Positions 9,071 through 18,114 of a stretch of 64,000 bases of DNA are shown here, in pieces. Positions within the stretch are counted from its first letter, which is position 1; every line of letters begins with the position of its first letter. A model generated the notes under the pieces. The model did not search any database. It saw only the letters and a list, made by a program, of their open reading frames with translations, and had not been told where the DNA came from. Both the position numbers and the translations under genes were made by a program. The DNA lies in contig CAVVYR010000008.1 of the NCBI GenBank assembly GCA_963752475.1, positions 448,001 to 512,000 on the forward strand, read 5' to 3'. The stretch is from an uncultured Chloroflexia bacterium. GTDB lineage: Bacteria; Chloroflexota; Limnocylindria; Limnocylindrales; CSP1-4.

Positions 9071-10389
9071 GAAGCCACGGCACCAACTGTGCGGGAGGGT
9101 TGGCAGACACCGGCGGGACATTCACCGCGCTCGGCGTGGGCATCTAGTTCAGGCGCGAAGTATCGCATCACCGACAGCAGTGGGTTGCCGGCGTCGGCTT
9201 CGAGCCCGGAGAGGGCCGCGGCACGCATGTCGGCCGCGAGCGCGCGCATCAGCTCCTGGTCGCTGGGCCGAGTGTGGCCGCTGCAGAGGGCCGCGCCCAG
9301 TTCCGCGAGGCGGCGGATGCCGATGCGATCGGGGATGGTCTTGCCGCTGGCGTTGTCGCTCAGGAAGCGAGTCATGAGTGTGGCCAGGTCGACGAGACAG
9401 ACCTTGTCATCGAGGGCCATGAGCGTGCTCGAGCCGCCCAGTGCGCCAGCCTCGCGCAGGGCCTCGTAGCGCAGCGGGGTGTGGAGCGCGCCCGGCGGCA
9501 GGAAGCCGCCGGTGGGACCGCCCACGAGCACGGCCTTGAGGTTGCCCTTGGTACCGCCGCCGGGGCCGTCCACGATCTCCTTCAGCGTGGCGCCGAAGGG
9601 GACCTCGGCGATACCCGGCCGCTTCACGGAGCCACCCAGCTGCAGCAGCGTGGTTCCCGGGCTTTCCGCGTCAACCAGCGAGCTGAAGGCGCCGGCGCCG
9701 TTGGCCACGATCCAGGGCACGGCCGCGAGGGTCTTGACGTTGTTGATGACGGTGGGCTTGCCCCACAGGCCCTTGCGCGACGGGAACGGCGGCCGCTGAT
9801 CGGGCTGCGCGCGCTGGCCCTCCAACGCTCGCAGCAGCACGGTCTCCTCGCCGACCATGAAGCTGCCCGTCAGCTCGCGCACCTCGACCTCGAGGCTGGG
9901 CCCGTCGGCAGAGCGGCCGATGTAGCCGGCTGCAACGGCCTCGTCGATGGCCGCGTCGAGGCGCTCGGCCGCGACGGGTGCCGACGATGAGACGGCGATG
10001 GTGGCCTGCTCGGCACCGACGGCCCAGGCTGCGATGGCCACGCCCTCGACGACGAGGTGCGGGTCCCGCTCCATGAGCACGCGGTCAAGCTGGGCACCCG
10101 GGTCGGCCTCGAAGCCGTTGGCCACGACGTAACGCACCGGGTCGGGCTGCGAGACGCAGTCGCGCCACTTGGCGCCTGTCGGATATCCGGCTCCGCCCAG
10201 GCCGCGCAGGCCGGATTCGGTGATGGTGTGGACGACGGCCTCGGGCGAGAGCTGCTCCGTCGCGCGCTTCCAGGCACTCCAGGCTCCGCCGGCCTCGGCC
10301 ATGGCCAGGTCCTCGACCTCTCCGTCGGCGGCTCGCGCGGTCAGTACCTGCGGCCAGTCCTTGGCTCCCTGCAGGATGGGCAGGCTCAT
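9067..10389 (-). CDS. nuoF: NuoF/HydB-like flavoprotein subunit with degenerate [4Fe-4S] N3 motif
   Basis: SGLRGLGGAGYPTGAKW, GEETVLL, PTVINNVKTL, VGGPTGG; the ESCGKCxPCR-type motif reads NASGKTIPDR. Confidence 0.88.
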   Translation of the reverse strand: MSLPILQGAKDWPQVLTARAADGEVEDLAMAEAGGAWSAWKRATEQLSPEAVVHTITESGLRGLGGAGYPTGAKWRDCVSQPDPVRYVVANGFEADPGAQLDRVLMERDPHLVVEGVAIAAWAVGAEQATIAVSSSAPVAAERLDAAIDEAVAAGYIGRSADGPSLEVEVRELTGSFMVGEETVLLRALEGQRAQPDQRPPFPSRKGLWGKPTVINNVKTLAAVPWIVANGAGAFSSLVDAESPGTTLLQLGGSVKRPGIAEVPFGATLKEIVDGPGGGTKGNLKAVLVGGPTGGFLPPGALHTPLRYEALREAGALGGSSTLMALDDKVCLVDLATLMTRFLSDNASGKTIPDRIGIRRLAELGAALCSGHTRPSDQELMRALAADMRAAALSGLEADAGNPLLSVMRYFAPELDAHAERGECPAGVCQPSRTVGAVAS

Positions 10390-11225
10390 GCCGCCTCCCC
10401 CTGGGGCACGTTGGCGCGCAGGGCCGCGGCGATCGTGGCCGCGTCATCCGGGCTCGACTTGGGCAGCGGTTCGCCGTCGACCTCCACGTAGGCGCTGTCC
10501 TGGGATGCGCCGCCGCACGAGGTGGTGGCGAGGCGCACGGCACCGTCGGGGCTCACGCCACCGATATCGGTGGCGAGGTGCTCGCGGAAGGCCGCCAGTA
10601 CGCGGCCGCCGCCCAGCAGCGTGCAGTTCGTGCAGCGGCAGACGCGGACCACATGGCCCACGGGCTGCTCGAAGTGGAGGTGCGGGTACGACGTGGCCAT
10701 GCCGTACAGCGAGGCGTAGTCGGCGCCGGTCTGGTGGGCGATGTGCTGCAGCGCGGCCACCGGCAGGTGGCCGTAGGCGCCCTGCACCTGCTCGAGCATC
10801 GGCAGCGCGTTGCTCGGCTTGTAGGCACCGGCGCTGAGGATCTCGTCGACGGGGCCCAGGTCGATGGTCTCGAAGGGGTCGAAGGTGCGATCGGGGACCG
10901 GCCGGCCGGAGCGGCGCAGGGCCGACTCCTCACGGCGCTCGGCGTACTGCTCGGAGGCGCCCCAGTGCACGTGGTACCGGTCGCGCGTGTCCACGCCACC
11001 CATATCGATGCACTCGATGGGACAGGCCTGCGCGCACTGGAAGCAGGTCTCGCACTTGAGCGTGCCGGCCTCGTCGTAGACCAGGATCAGCCGACCGCGG
11101 TGCTTCGGGCTGATGGGGTTCTGCTCTTCGGGGTAGCGCACCGTCAGGTTGGGGCGGAAGACCTGCTTGATGGAGAAGGCCATGCCCTTGATGATGGCCA
11201 GGCCGGGGATGCGGTCGGTCCTCAC
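10386..11225 (-). CDS. Fusion of NuoI N-terminal half (one CxxCxxCxxxCP motif) and NuoE-like thioredoxin-fold domain
   Basis: GTG start overlaps the nuoH stop (GTGA); TVRYPEE..KHRGRL..KCETCFQCAQACP is NuoI-N; LEQVQGAYGHLP..YGMATSY..VCRCTNC..SCGG is NuoE-like. Confidence 0.85.
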   Translation of the reverse strand: MRTDRIPGLAIIKGMAFSIKQVFRPNLTVRYPEEQNPISPKHRGRLILVYDEAGTLKCETCFQCAQACPIECIDMGGVDTRDRYHVHWGASEQYAERREESALRRSGRPVPDRTFDPFETIDLGPVDEILSAGAYKPSNALPMLEQVQGAYGHLPVAALQHIAHQTGADYASLYGMATSYPHLHFEQPVGHVVRVCRCTNCTLLGGGRVLAAFREHLATDIGGVSPDGAVRLATTSCGGASQDSAYVEVDGEPLPKSSPDDAATIAAALRANVPQGEAA

Positions 11226-12619
11226 GACAGGTACTCCTTGACCACGATGATGGCGCCGGCGGTGACCATCAGGTTCAGCAGTGCGGCCGGCATCAGCCAC
11301 TTCCAGGCGAAGTTCATCATCTGGTCGATGCGCACGCGGGGGTAGGTGGCGCGCATGAGCACGAACAGCGCGACCAGCGCGAAGGACTTGCCGAAGAAGA
11401 CGAGGATGCCGAGCAGAGCCTCGAAGCTGAAGAGCGCCCAGGTGGTGATGCCGCCCATGACGATGAGGTTGGCCAGGACGAAGCCGACGACGAGCGACTT
11501 GATCGCGCCCCAGTCGGACTTGAGCATCCAGATGAGGCCGCCCAGCGCCAGCCACAGCACGGCCGGGATAAGGAGCGGGACGGCCAGCAGCCACGGACCG
11601 AGCTGACCCGGATCGACGTCGCTGAGCACGACCGGCGTGGCGACCCCGAAGAACTCGAGGATGGGGTCGATATGGATGCCGTGGTGGTAGCCGCCCAGGA
11701 AGAGCGTGACCGTCAGGGCCGAGAGGATGAAGACGTTGACGTACTCGGCGAAGAAGAAGAAGCCGAAGCGCATGCCGCTGTATTCGGTGGCGAAGCCGGC
11801 CACGAGCTCGGAGTCGGCCTCCGTGTAGTCGAAGGGTGTGCGGCCCGCTTCAGCGGTGGCGGCGATGAAGAAGATGATCAGCGCGAGGGGCTGCTGGAAG
11901 GCGTACCAGTTGACGAACCAGCCGCCCTGGTTCTCGACGATGGTGCCAAGGTTGAGCGTGCCCGCGAGCAGGACCACGCCGAAGGCGCCAAGGATGAGCG
12001 GCAGCTCGTAGCTGACGACCGCGGCTGCGGCTCGGATACCGCCGAGCAGCGAGTACTTGTTGTAGCTCGAGAGGCCGGCCATCATCAGGCCGACCACGCC
12101 GATGCCCGAAGCGGCGAAGAAGTAGAGCAGCCCCAGCTCCATGTAGTAGCCGGCCATGCCCGGCGCGAAGGGGATGACCATCAGCGTCATGACCGACGCG
12201 AGGAAGGTCACCGCTGGTGCGAGCGTGAAGACCGGCACGTCCACGCCGCGCGGGGTGTAGTCCTCCTTCGAGAGCACCTTGAGGCCGGCCATCAGCGAGG
12301 CCAGCGCGCCCCACGGGCCAGTGCGGTCGGGACCGACGCGCAAGTTCATCTGCGCGATGATCTTGAGCTCCATGTAGATGATCACGAAGGCCGCCGGCAC
12401 CGTGAAGAGCAGGACGCCGGTGGCCGCAGCGAAGAAGCGCAGGATCTCGATGTTGGCCTCGCCGGCGTCGACGATCCACTCCACGGCTGAGGGGCCGAGG
12501 CCGGTGACCCAGAGCAGGAAGAAGCCGATCGCGCCTGCCAGCACCAGGGCCAGCAGGGCAAGGACGATCTTGCCCAAGGTGGTCACGCCCGCGGGTGCCG
12601 GGCTGGCGGTGGCGCTCAC
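11222..12619 (-). CDS. nuoH: NADH-quinone oxidoreductase subunit H (extended, 465 aa)
   Basis: RVGPDRTGPWG, KVLSKED, NKYSLLGGIR, RTPFDYTEADSELVAGFATEYSG, PRVRIDQMM. Confidence 0.95.
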   Translation of the reverse strand: MSATASPAPAGVTTLGKIVLALLALVLAGAIGFFLLWVTGLGPSAVEWIVDAGEANIEILRFFAAATGVLLFTVPAAFVIIYMELKIIAQMNLRVGPDRTGPWGALASLMAGLKVLSKEDYTPRGVDVPVFTLAPAVTFLASVMTLMVIPFAPGMAGYYMELGLLYFFAASGIGVVGLMMAGLSSYNKYSLLGGIRAAAAVVSYELPLILGAFGVVLLAGTLNLGTIVENQGGWFVNWYAFQQPLALIIFFIAATAEAGRTPFDYTEADSELVAGFATEYSGMRFGFFFFAEYVNVFILSALTVTLFLGGYHHGIHIDPILEFFGVATPVVLSDVDPGQLGPWLLAVPLLIPAVLWLALGGLIWMLKSDWGAIKSLVVGFVLANLIVMGGITTWALFSFEALLGILVFFGKSFALVALFVLMRATYPRVRIDQMMNFAWKWLMPAALLNLMVTAGAIIVVKEYLS

Positions 12620-13839
12620 TTGTCGATCCCGCCCATGATCGGGTCAAGGCTGGCCATGATGGCCATGATGTCGGCGAGAACGTGACCCTTGGAGAGCGGG
12701 CCCACGGCCTGCAGGTTGAAGAACGAGGGATCGTGGATGCGGAAGCGGAACGGCTGGTCGGAGCCGTCGCTGACCGCGTAGGCGGCATATTGGCCGCGGG
12801 GTGACTCGAGCGCTGCGAAAGCACGGTTCGGCGGGATGCGCAGCAGGCGCGGCAGCTTGGCCATCACCGGCCCGTCGGGCATCTCGTGGAGCACCTGGTC
12901 GATGATGCGGATCGACTGCTTGATCTCGTCGATGTGCAGCAGGTAGCGCGCATAGGAGTCGCCATCGTTGCGCGTGGGGATATCGAACTCGAGCTCGGGA
13001 TAGACGCTGTACGGATGCGCGCGGCGGACGTCGTAGGGCACGCCCGAGGCTCGCAGGGGCGGGCCGGTCATGTTGTAGCGCAGGGCCATCTCGCGGTCGA
13101 CCACGCCGAGCCCCTTCGTGCGGTTCACGAAGATCTCGTTCTCGTTCATGAGCGTGGCCTGATCGTCGATGCGTGCGGCAGCGTGCCCCATCCAGTCGCC
13201 GAGGCGGCTGAGGAACTCGTGGTTGAGATCGCCGTTGACACCACCGATGCGCATGTAGTTGAAGAGCAGCTTCTGGCCGGTCAGCGCCGCCAGCATCTCC
13301 ACGATCTCGTCGCGCTCGGCGAAGCCGTAGAGGATGGGCGTGAGGCCGCCCAGGTCCAGCGCCAGCCAGCCGATGAAGGTGGCGTGGCTGCTGATGCGGT
13401 TGAGCTCCCAGGCGAGCACGCGGATGTACTCGGCGCGCCGCGGCACCTCGAGATCGAGCAGGCGCTCGGCGGACAGCACCGGCAGCGACTCACTGAACAT
13501 CGAAGCGATGTACTCGAGCGGGTCGGTGTTGCTGATGGCGTGGTGCCAGTCACCGTGCTCGCAGATCTTCTCCACGCCGCGGTGGAGGTAGCCCAGCACC
13601 GGGTCGATGTCGACGATCCTCTCGCCGTCGATCTTCATGACCACGCGCAACACGCCGTGGGTGGAGGGGTGCTGAGGGCCCAGGTTCAGGAACATCTCGC
13701 CGTCGTCGAGCTGGTAGAACTCGGCCTCGCGCTCGGTACGCGGGGTCAGCGGCGGGATGGCGTCGTAGATGGTGCCCGGCGTCTGGACCATGATCTCGGG
13801 ATCGTCGAGGCTGCGCATCTGCTCGCGGTCGGTGGTCAT
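12616..13839 (-). CDS. nuoD: NADH-quinone oxidoreductase subunit D
   Basis: NLGPQHPSTHGVLR, GYLHRGVEK, ELNRISSH, ESPRG. Confidence 0.96.
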   Translation of the reverse strand: MTTDREQMRSLDDPEIMVQTPGTIYDAIPPLTPRTEREAEFYQLDDGEMFLNLGPQHPSTHGVLRVVMKIDGERIVDIDPVLGYLHRGVEKICEHGDWHHAISNTDPLEYIASMFSESLPVLSAERLLDLEVPRRAEYIRVLAWELNRISSHATFIGWLALDLGGLTPILYGFAERDEIVEMLAALTGQKLLFNYMRIGGVNGDLNHEFLSRLGDWMGHAAARIDDQATLMNENEIFVNRTKGLGVVDREMALRYNMTGPPLRASGVPYDVRRAHPYSVYPELEFDIPTRNDGDSYARYLLHIDEIKQSIRIIDQVLHEMPDGPVMAKLPRLLRIPPNRAFAALESPRGQYAAYAVSDGSDQPFRFRIHDPSFFNLQAVGPLSKGHVLADIMAIMASLDPIMGGIDK

Positions 13840-14468
13840 GCCGGCTCCTCGCCGCTCTCGACCGCATCGGTCTCGTCGGCCGAGCCTGCGGCCACGGCCA
13901 GCAGCTTGCCATCCGCGCCCAGCCGCGCGCCGGCACCTGCGCTGGTCCGGATCACGGGGTTCTCGCGGTTCTCGGCCGGGGCCACGGGCGTCTCGATGTG
14001 GCGGATGCCCTCGCCCGGAGCACGCGAGGCGTCGTCAGGCATGGCGAAGTCCTTGCGCAGGGGGAAGGCCAGGTAGTCGGGCGGCATGTAGATCCGGCGC
14101 AGGTCGCGGTTGCCCTCGAACTCGATGCCGAACATGTCATAGGCCTCGCGCTCGCCCCACTCGGCACCAGGCCAGAGCTGGGTGACCGAGGGCAGGCGCG
14201 GATCTTCACGCGAGAGGCCGTCGGCGATGACCCGGACCCAGTCCTCCGAGAGCGGGCTCCAGAGGTGGTACACGACCTGCATGGTCACGCCGGTGTCGAC
14301 GCCGCAGATGTCGGCCATCAGCTCGAAACGCAGATCGCCGTCCTCGCGCAGCGTGCGCATGACGGCCGTGAGGTCCGCGGGACGGACGACCAGCTCGATG
14401 GTGTCGCCCATGACCTCCGCAGGCACGACGGTCCGATCAGCGAGGCGATCGTCGATGAGGGCGAGCAT
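13836..14468 (-). CDS. nuoC: NADH-quinone oxidoreductase subunit C
   Basis: EREAYDMFGIEFEG..DLRRI..FPLRKDF; start uncertain (ATG 14468, in-frame ACG 14480). Confidence 0.93.
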   Translation of the reverse strand: MLALIDDRLADRTVVPAEVMGDTIELVVRPADLTAVMRTLREDGDLRFELMADICGVDTGVTMQVVYHLWSPLSEDWVRVIADGLSREDPRLPSVTQLWPGAEWGEREAYDMFGIEFEGNRDLRRIYMPPDYLAFPLRKDFAMPDDASRAPGEGIRHIETPVAPAENRENPVIRTSAGAGARLGADGKLLAVAAGSADETDAVESGEEPA

Positions 14469-14491
14469 GCGCGTATCCGTGGCGGGCCTCC

Positions 14492-15166
14492 CTAGACGCC
14501 TTCCGGCACGGTGGGGCCGACCTTGCGGTCCTTCCACTGACCGCGGCGTTCGAGCACGAGTTGCTGCAGCTTGAGCATCCCGTAGATGAGGCCCTCCGGC
14601 CGCGGGGGGCAGCCGGGGACGTAGACGTCGACGGGCATGATGCGATCGATGCCCTCGACGGTGGAGTAGGAACGCTTGTAGCGGCCGCCCGAACAGGTGC
14701 AGTCACCCATGGCCACGCACCACTTGGGCTCGGGCATCTGCTCCCACAGGCGGATGAGCGGGTCGGCCATCTTGGTCGTGAGCGTGCCGGCCACGATGAG
14801 CACGTCCGCCTGCCGTGGCGAGGCACGGAAGGGGAACATGTTGAAGCGGTCCATGTCGTTGACCGGGGTGGCCGAGGACATCATCTCCATGGCGCAGCAG
14901 GCCAGGCCGGAAAGGAGCGGCCAGAGGCTGTTCGCGCGGAGGTAGTCGAACAGCAGGTCCGCGGTCGTGGGCACCACGTCGAGTGCGCCCCAGCGGCCGT
15001 TGTCGCCCTTCTCGCCGAACTCCAGTTCCTTGAGGTGATCGACGTGGGCGGCCTGCCCGCCGCTGTAGGCCTCTGGGTCGGCTGGCTTCCAGGTCGTGTT
15101 GGGCAGGACGATCGCACCGCGCTTGTCAGCGGTCGTGGCCTCCTTGCCGGTCTTCTTCACTTCCAC
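14492..15166 (-). CDS. nuoB: NADH-quinone oxidoreductase subunit B
   Basis: GLACCAMEM, RASPRQAD, MGDCTCSGG, VDVYVPGCPPRPE. Confidence 0.97.
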   Translation of the reverse strand: MEVKKTGKEATTADKRGAIVLPNTTWKPADPEAYSGGQAAHVDHLKELEFGEKGDNGRWGALDVVPTTADLLFDYLRANSLWPLLSGLACCAMEMMSSATPVNDMDRFNMFPFRASPRQADVLIVAGTLTTKMADPLIRLWEQMPEPKWCVAMGDCTCSGGRYKRSYSTVEGIDRIMPVDVYVPGCPPRPEGLIYGMLKLQQLVLERRGQWKDRKVGPTVPEGV

Positions 15167-15516
15167 GTCAGCAGGCCCTTCCTGGCGGCATACAGCACCG
15201 AGATCTCCATGATGCCGATGAACAGGAGCATGCCCATGAAGCCGCCGGTCAGCACGTCATCGAAAACGAGCGCCCACAGCGCGATGAAGAGGACTTCGAC
15301 GTCGAAGGCCACGAACAGCAGGGCGTAGAGGTAGAACGAGAGACCGAAGCGACCGCGGGTGTCGCCATAGGTGTCGATGCCCGACTCGTAGGGCAGACCC
15401 TTGTGCTCATCGCCCTTGTGCCGGTGCGAGATGAACCAGGCCAGTCCGATCGTCAGGAAGACGAAACTGAACCCCGCGATCACGAAGCCGAGCACGTACC
15501 AGAGCGGAGCGGTCAA
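15157..15516 (-). CDS. nuoA: NADH-quinone oxidoreductase subunit A
   Basis: PYESG, FVAFDVEVLF, KGLLTW; TTG start after an AGAGGA RBS. Confidence 0.96.
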   Translation of the reverse strand: MTAPLWYVLGFVIAGFSFVFLTIGLAWFISHRHKGDEHKGLPYESGIDTYGDTRGRFGLSFYLYALLFVAFDVEVLFIALWALVFDDVLTGGFMGMLLFIGIMEISVLYAARKGLLTWK

Positions 15517-15639
15517 TACGGTTCCTCTTGAGCCGTCGTTACAGACAAGGCTCGCAACCCGAAGTGGCGCTTCGGGGAAGACAGCGAGCGCGGGTGGATG
15601 TTACCGCAGCATCGGGGTTCTTCATGTGACACTGCGGCC

Positions 15640-16248
15640 ATGCAGCAGCACGTGCTCGCCCACATCGGCCTCGGTGCCAACGTGGGCGCGCCCCGCGAAG
15701 CCATGGAACGGGCGGTCTCGGCGCTGACGGTCCTGCCCGGTTGCGCGCTGGCCGGGGTCTCGCGGCTGTATCGCACGCAGCCGGTGGGGCCGGTCGAGCA
15801 GGGCGACTTCCTCAACGCGGTAGTGGCCCTGCGCGTGCCGGCCGGCGCCACACCCGAGGATGGTGCGATGGCCCTGCTGGTGGCGCTGAAGGGCCTGGAG
15901 CGTGCGATGGGGCGGATCCGGCGTGAGCGCTGGGGTCCGCGCGAGATCGATCTCGATCTGCTGCTCTTCGGTGAGGCCGAGATCCACGTGGAGCGTGAGG
16001 CGGCCGCTCGCAGCGTCGATCCCGGGAAGCTCGGGGTGCAGTGGCTGGACGTGCCCCACGTCTCCGCGGCCGAGCGCTCGTTCGTGCTGGCACCGTTGGC
16101 CGACCTGGCGCCCGAGCTGGTGCCGCCCGGCTGGGAGCTGAGCGTGGACGCGGCGCGAGCACGGGCCGCGGCAGCCGAGGGCCAGGATGCGGTCGAGGCC
16201 ATCGCCGAGTGGGACTTCCGCACGAGCCGCTGGCGCGACCTCGGCTAG
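15640..16248 (+). CDS. folK: 2-amino-4-hydroxy-6-hydroxymethyldihydropteridine diphosphokinase (HPPK)
   Basis: IGLGANVG, SRLYRT.P, FLNAV, RWGPREIDLDLL, PH..ERSFVLAPL. Confidence 0.95.
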   Translation: MQQHVLAHIGLGANVGAPREAMERAVSALTVLPGCALAGVSRLYRTQPVGPVEQGDFLNAVVALRVPAGATPEDGAMALLVALKGLERAMGRIRRERWGPREIDLDLLLFGEAEIHVEREAAARSVDPGKLGVQWLDVPHVSAAERSFVLAPLADLAPELVPPGWELSVDAARARAAAAEGQDAVEAIAEWDFRTSRWRDLG

Positions 16249-16596
16249 CCCTGCGCCGTGCTGGGCGGCCCTTCATGGTCAGGCGTCGTTCACAGCGACG
16301 CTATCGACCGATCCAGCTCGCTCTGGTGGACACTCGTCGCCCGGGCCGACCGTAGGCCCACGATGCCGCTCGGATCGCCGCCACCGGCGTCCTCTATTCC
16401 CTTTGCCGATGCCCACCCACGCTCGGGATCCGTGGCCGATGGCCAGCCAGTGGCCTCGACGGTGGCTACGAGCAGGCCTTGGGTCGAGGGAAGCGACGGG
16501 TGTCCACGAGGGCGGCGCCAGGCGCCTGGCGCCCGGAGCTCCGACAGCCACGATCGCCTCGACAGCTGCCCGACCGGCCGGCGCGTGCAGCCCGGT

Positions 16597-18066
16597 CTAC
16601 GCTTCGGCCCCCGGCTCCGACTGCTTCGAGAACTCAGCCTCGAGATCGGCGGCCAACTGCTTGACGATGCCGGCATGCTCCTCGTCCCTGACCAGGTTGG
16701 TCAACTCCCAGGGGTCTTCGACCGAGTCGTAGAGCTCGCGCTTGCCGTCCTCGTACTCGACGTAGTGCCAGCGCCCCAGCGGGTGCTGTGAAGTGGTGCG
16801 GATGGCCCGCCAGGCGGGCACGTCGGCGTAGGGCTCGCTGCGCTCCTCGCGCACGACCGTGCGCTCCAGATGCTCGGCTTCCCCGTCGAGCAGCGGCAGC
16901 AGTGACAGTCCGTCGGCTGCCTCCGGACCGTCGCGGAAGGGGCCCATCTCGCAGCCTGCCAGCGCACAGATGGTGGGCGCGATGTCGATGTTGCTGACGA
17001 CCTCGTCGATCTCGGTCACGTCCTCACCCCATCGAGCCGGCGAGCTGAAGACGAGCGGGATGGGCGTGGCGTAGGGCACGCCCTTGCGCTGGGGCAGGCG
17101 GTGGATGCCCCAGGCCACGCCGTTGTCAGCGGTGAAGACGTAGATCGTGTCCTCGTGCCGGCCGCGATCCTTCTGGGACCTGACCACGGCTCTGGTCAGT
17201 TCCTCGACCGAGAGCATCTCCTCGCAGTAGGTCCGCATCTTGCCCTGCCACCAGCGCTCGGACACCTTCTTCCGGTCGCGTACGAACTTGGGCTTGCCCT
17301 TGACGCTGGCGTTGAATGACTCGGGCCTCCAGGCCTTGATCTTGCGGCAGGCCTTGGCGTTCTCGTACTTCTGTGGCGGGATGTTCGGATCGTGCAGGTC
17401 GTAGATGCTGGCGAAGGCGAACAGCGGCTCATCATCGGGCGCGTTGCGGATGTGCTCGACGAGCTTGCGCTTGGTCACGAGCGTGCTGTGATCGGCCTTG
17501 CCATCGCCGTACTTCTCCATGCCGCCGTCGGGCGACCACATCGCGTAGTCGTAGTACCGGCCGTTGTCCTCGTAGATGATCTCGAACTCATCCCAGCCCT
17601 TGGCGTGGCGCTTCAGCTGGTGCGGCTTGACCTCTTCACGCAGATTGTTGAGGTACTTGCCCACGAAGACCGTCTGGTAGCCGGCCTCGTCCAGCTCCGT
17701 GGCCACCGTCACGCGCGGGTCGAAGGGCTCGGCTACGTTGCCCGTGACGCCGTGGTCGACCGTGTGCCGACCGGTGAGCATGGATCCGCGGCCGGGGCTG
17801 CACAGCGGGGTCTCGCTGATCGCGTTGGTGAACTGCACGCCGGCCTTGGCGAACATCGAGGAGAGCGTGGGCGTGCGCTTGGCGTTCTTCCATAGGCGCG
17901 CGTCATGTGGGTCGACATCGTCGAGGTAGATGACCACGATGTCCGGCTGACGGGCCGGCTCATCCTGCGCCGTGGCCGACATCGTCAATACCAGCAGGAG
18001 CGACAGCGCCAGCATCAACGACGAAGCGGCGCGGGACGTCAGGGGACGGCTGTGGCTGGGGCTCAC
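16597..18066 (-). CDS. Secreted formylglycine-type sulfatase
   Basis: Signal peptide; PDIVVIYLDD; CSPGR (CxPxR); GKYLN; FTADNG; ELYD..DPWEL.NL. Confidence 0.9.
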   Translation of the reverse strand: MSPSHSRPLTSRAASSLMLALSLLLVLTMSATAQDEPARQPDIVVIYLDDVDPHDARLWKNAKRTPTLSSMFAKAGVQFTNAISETPLCSPGRGSMLTGRHTVDHGVTGNVAEPFDPRVTVATELDEAGYQTVFVGKYLNNLREEVKPHQLKRHAKGWDEFEIIYEDNGRYYDYAMWSPDGGMEKYGDGKADHSTLVTKRKLVEHIRNAPDDEPLFAFASIYDLHDPNIPPQKYENAKACRKIKAWRPESFNASVKGKPKFVRDRKKVSERWWQGKMRTYCEEMLSVEELTRAVVRSQKDRGRHEDTIYVFTADNGVAWGIHRLPQRKGVPYATPIPLVFSSPARWGEDVTEIDEVVSNIDIAPTICALAGCEMGPFRDGPEAADGLSLLPLLDGEAEHLERTVVREERSEPYADVPAWRAIRTTSQHPLGRWHYVEYEDGKRELYDSVEDPWELTNLVRDEEHAGIVKQLAADLEAEFSKQSEPGAEA

Positions 18067-18114
18067 GGCGGCGAGTATGGCCCAGCACCCATGAATCCGC
18101 TGCCGGGCACCGGG

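Noticed and set aside
16249-16596. Small ORFs between folK and the sulfatase
   Set aside because: No convincing start signals, codon bias or motifs
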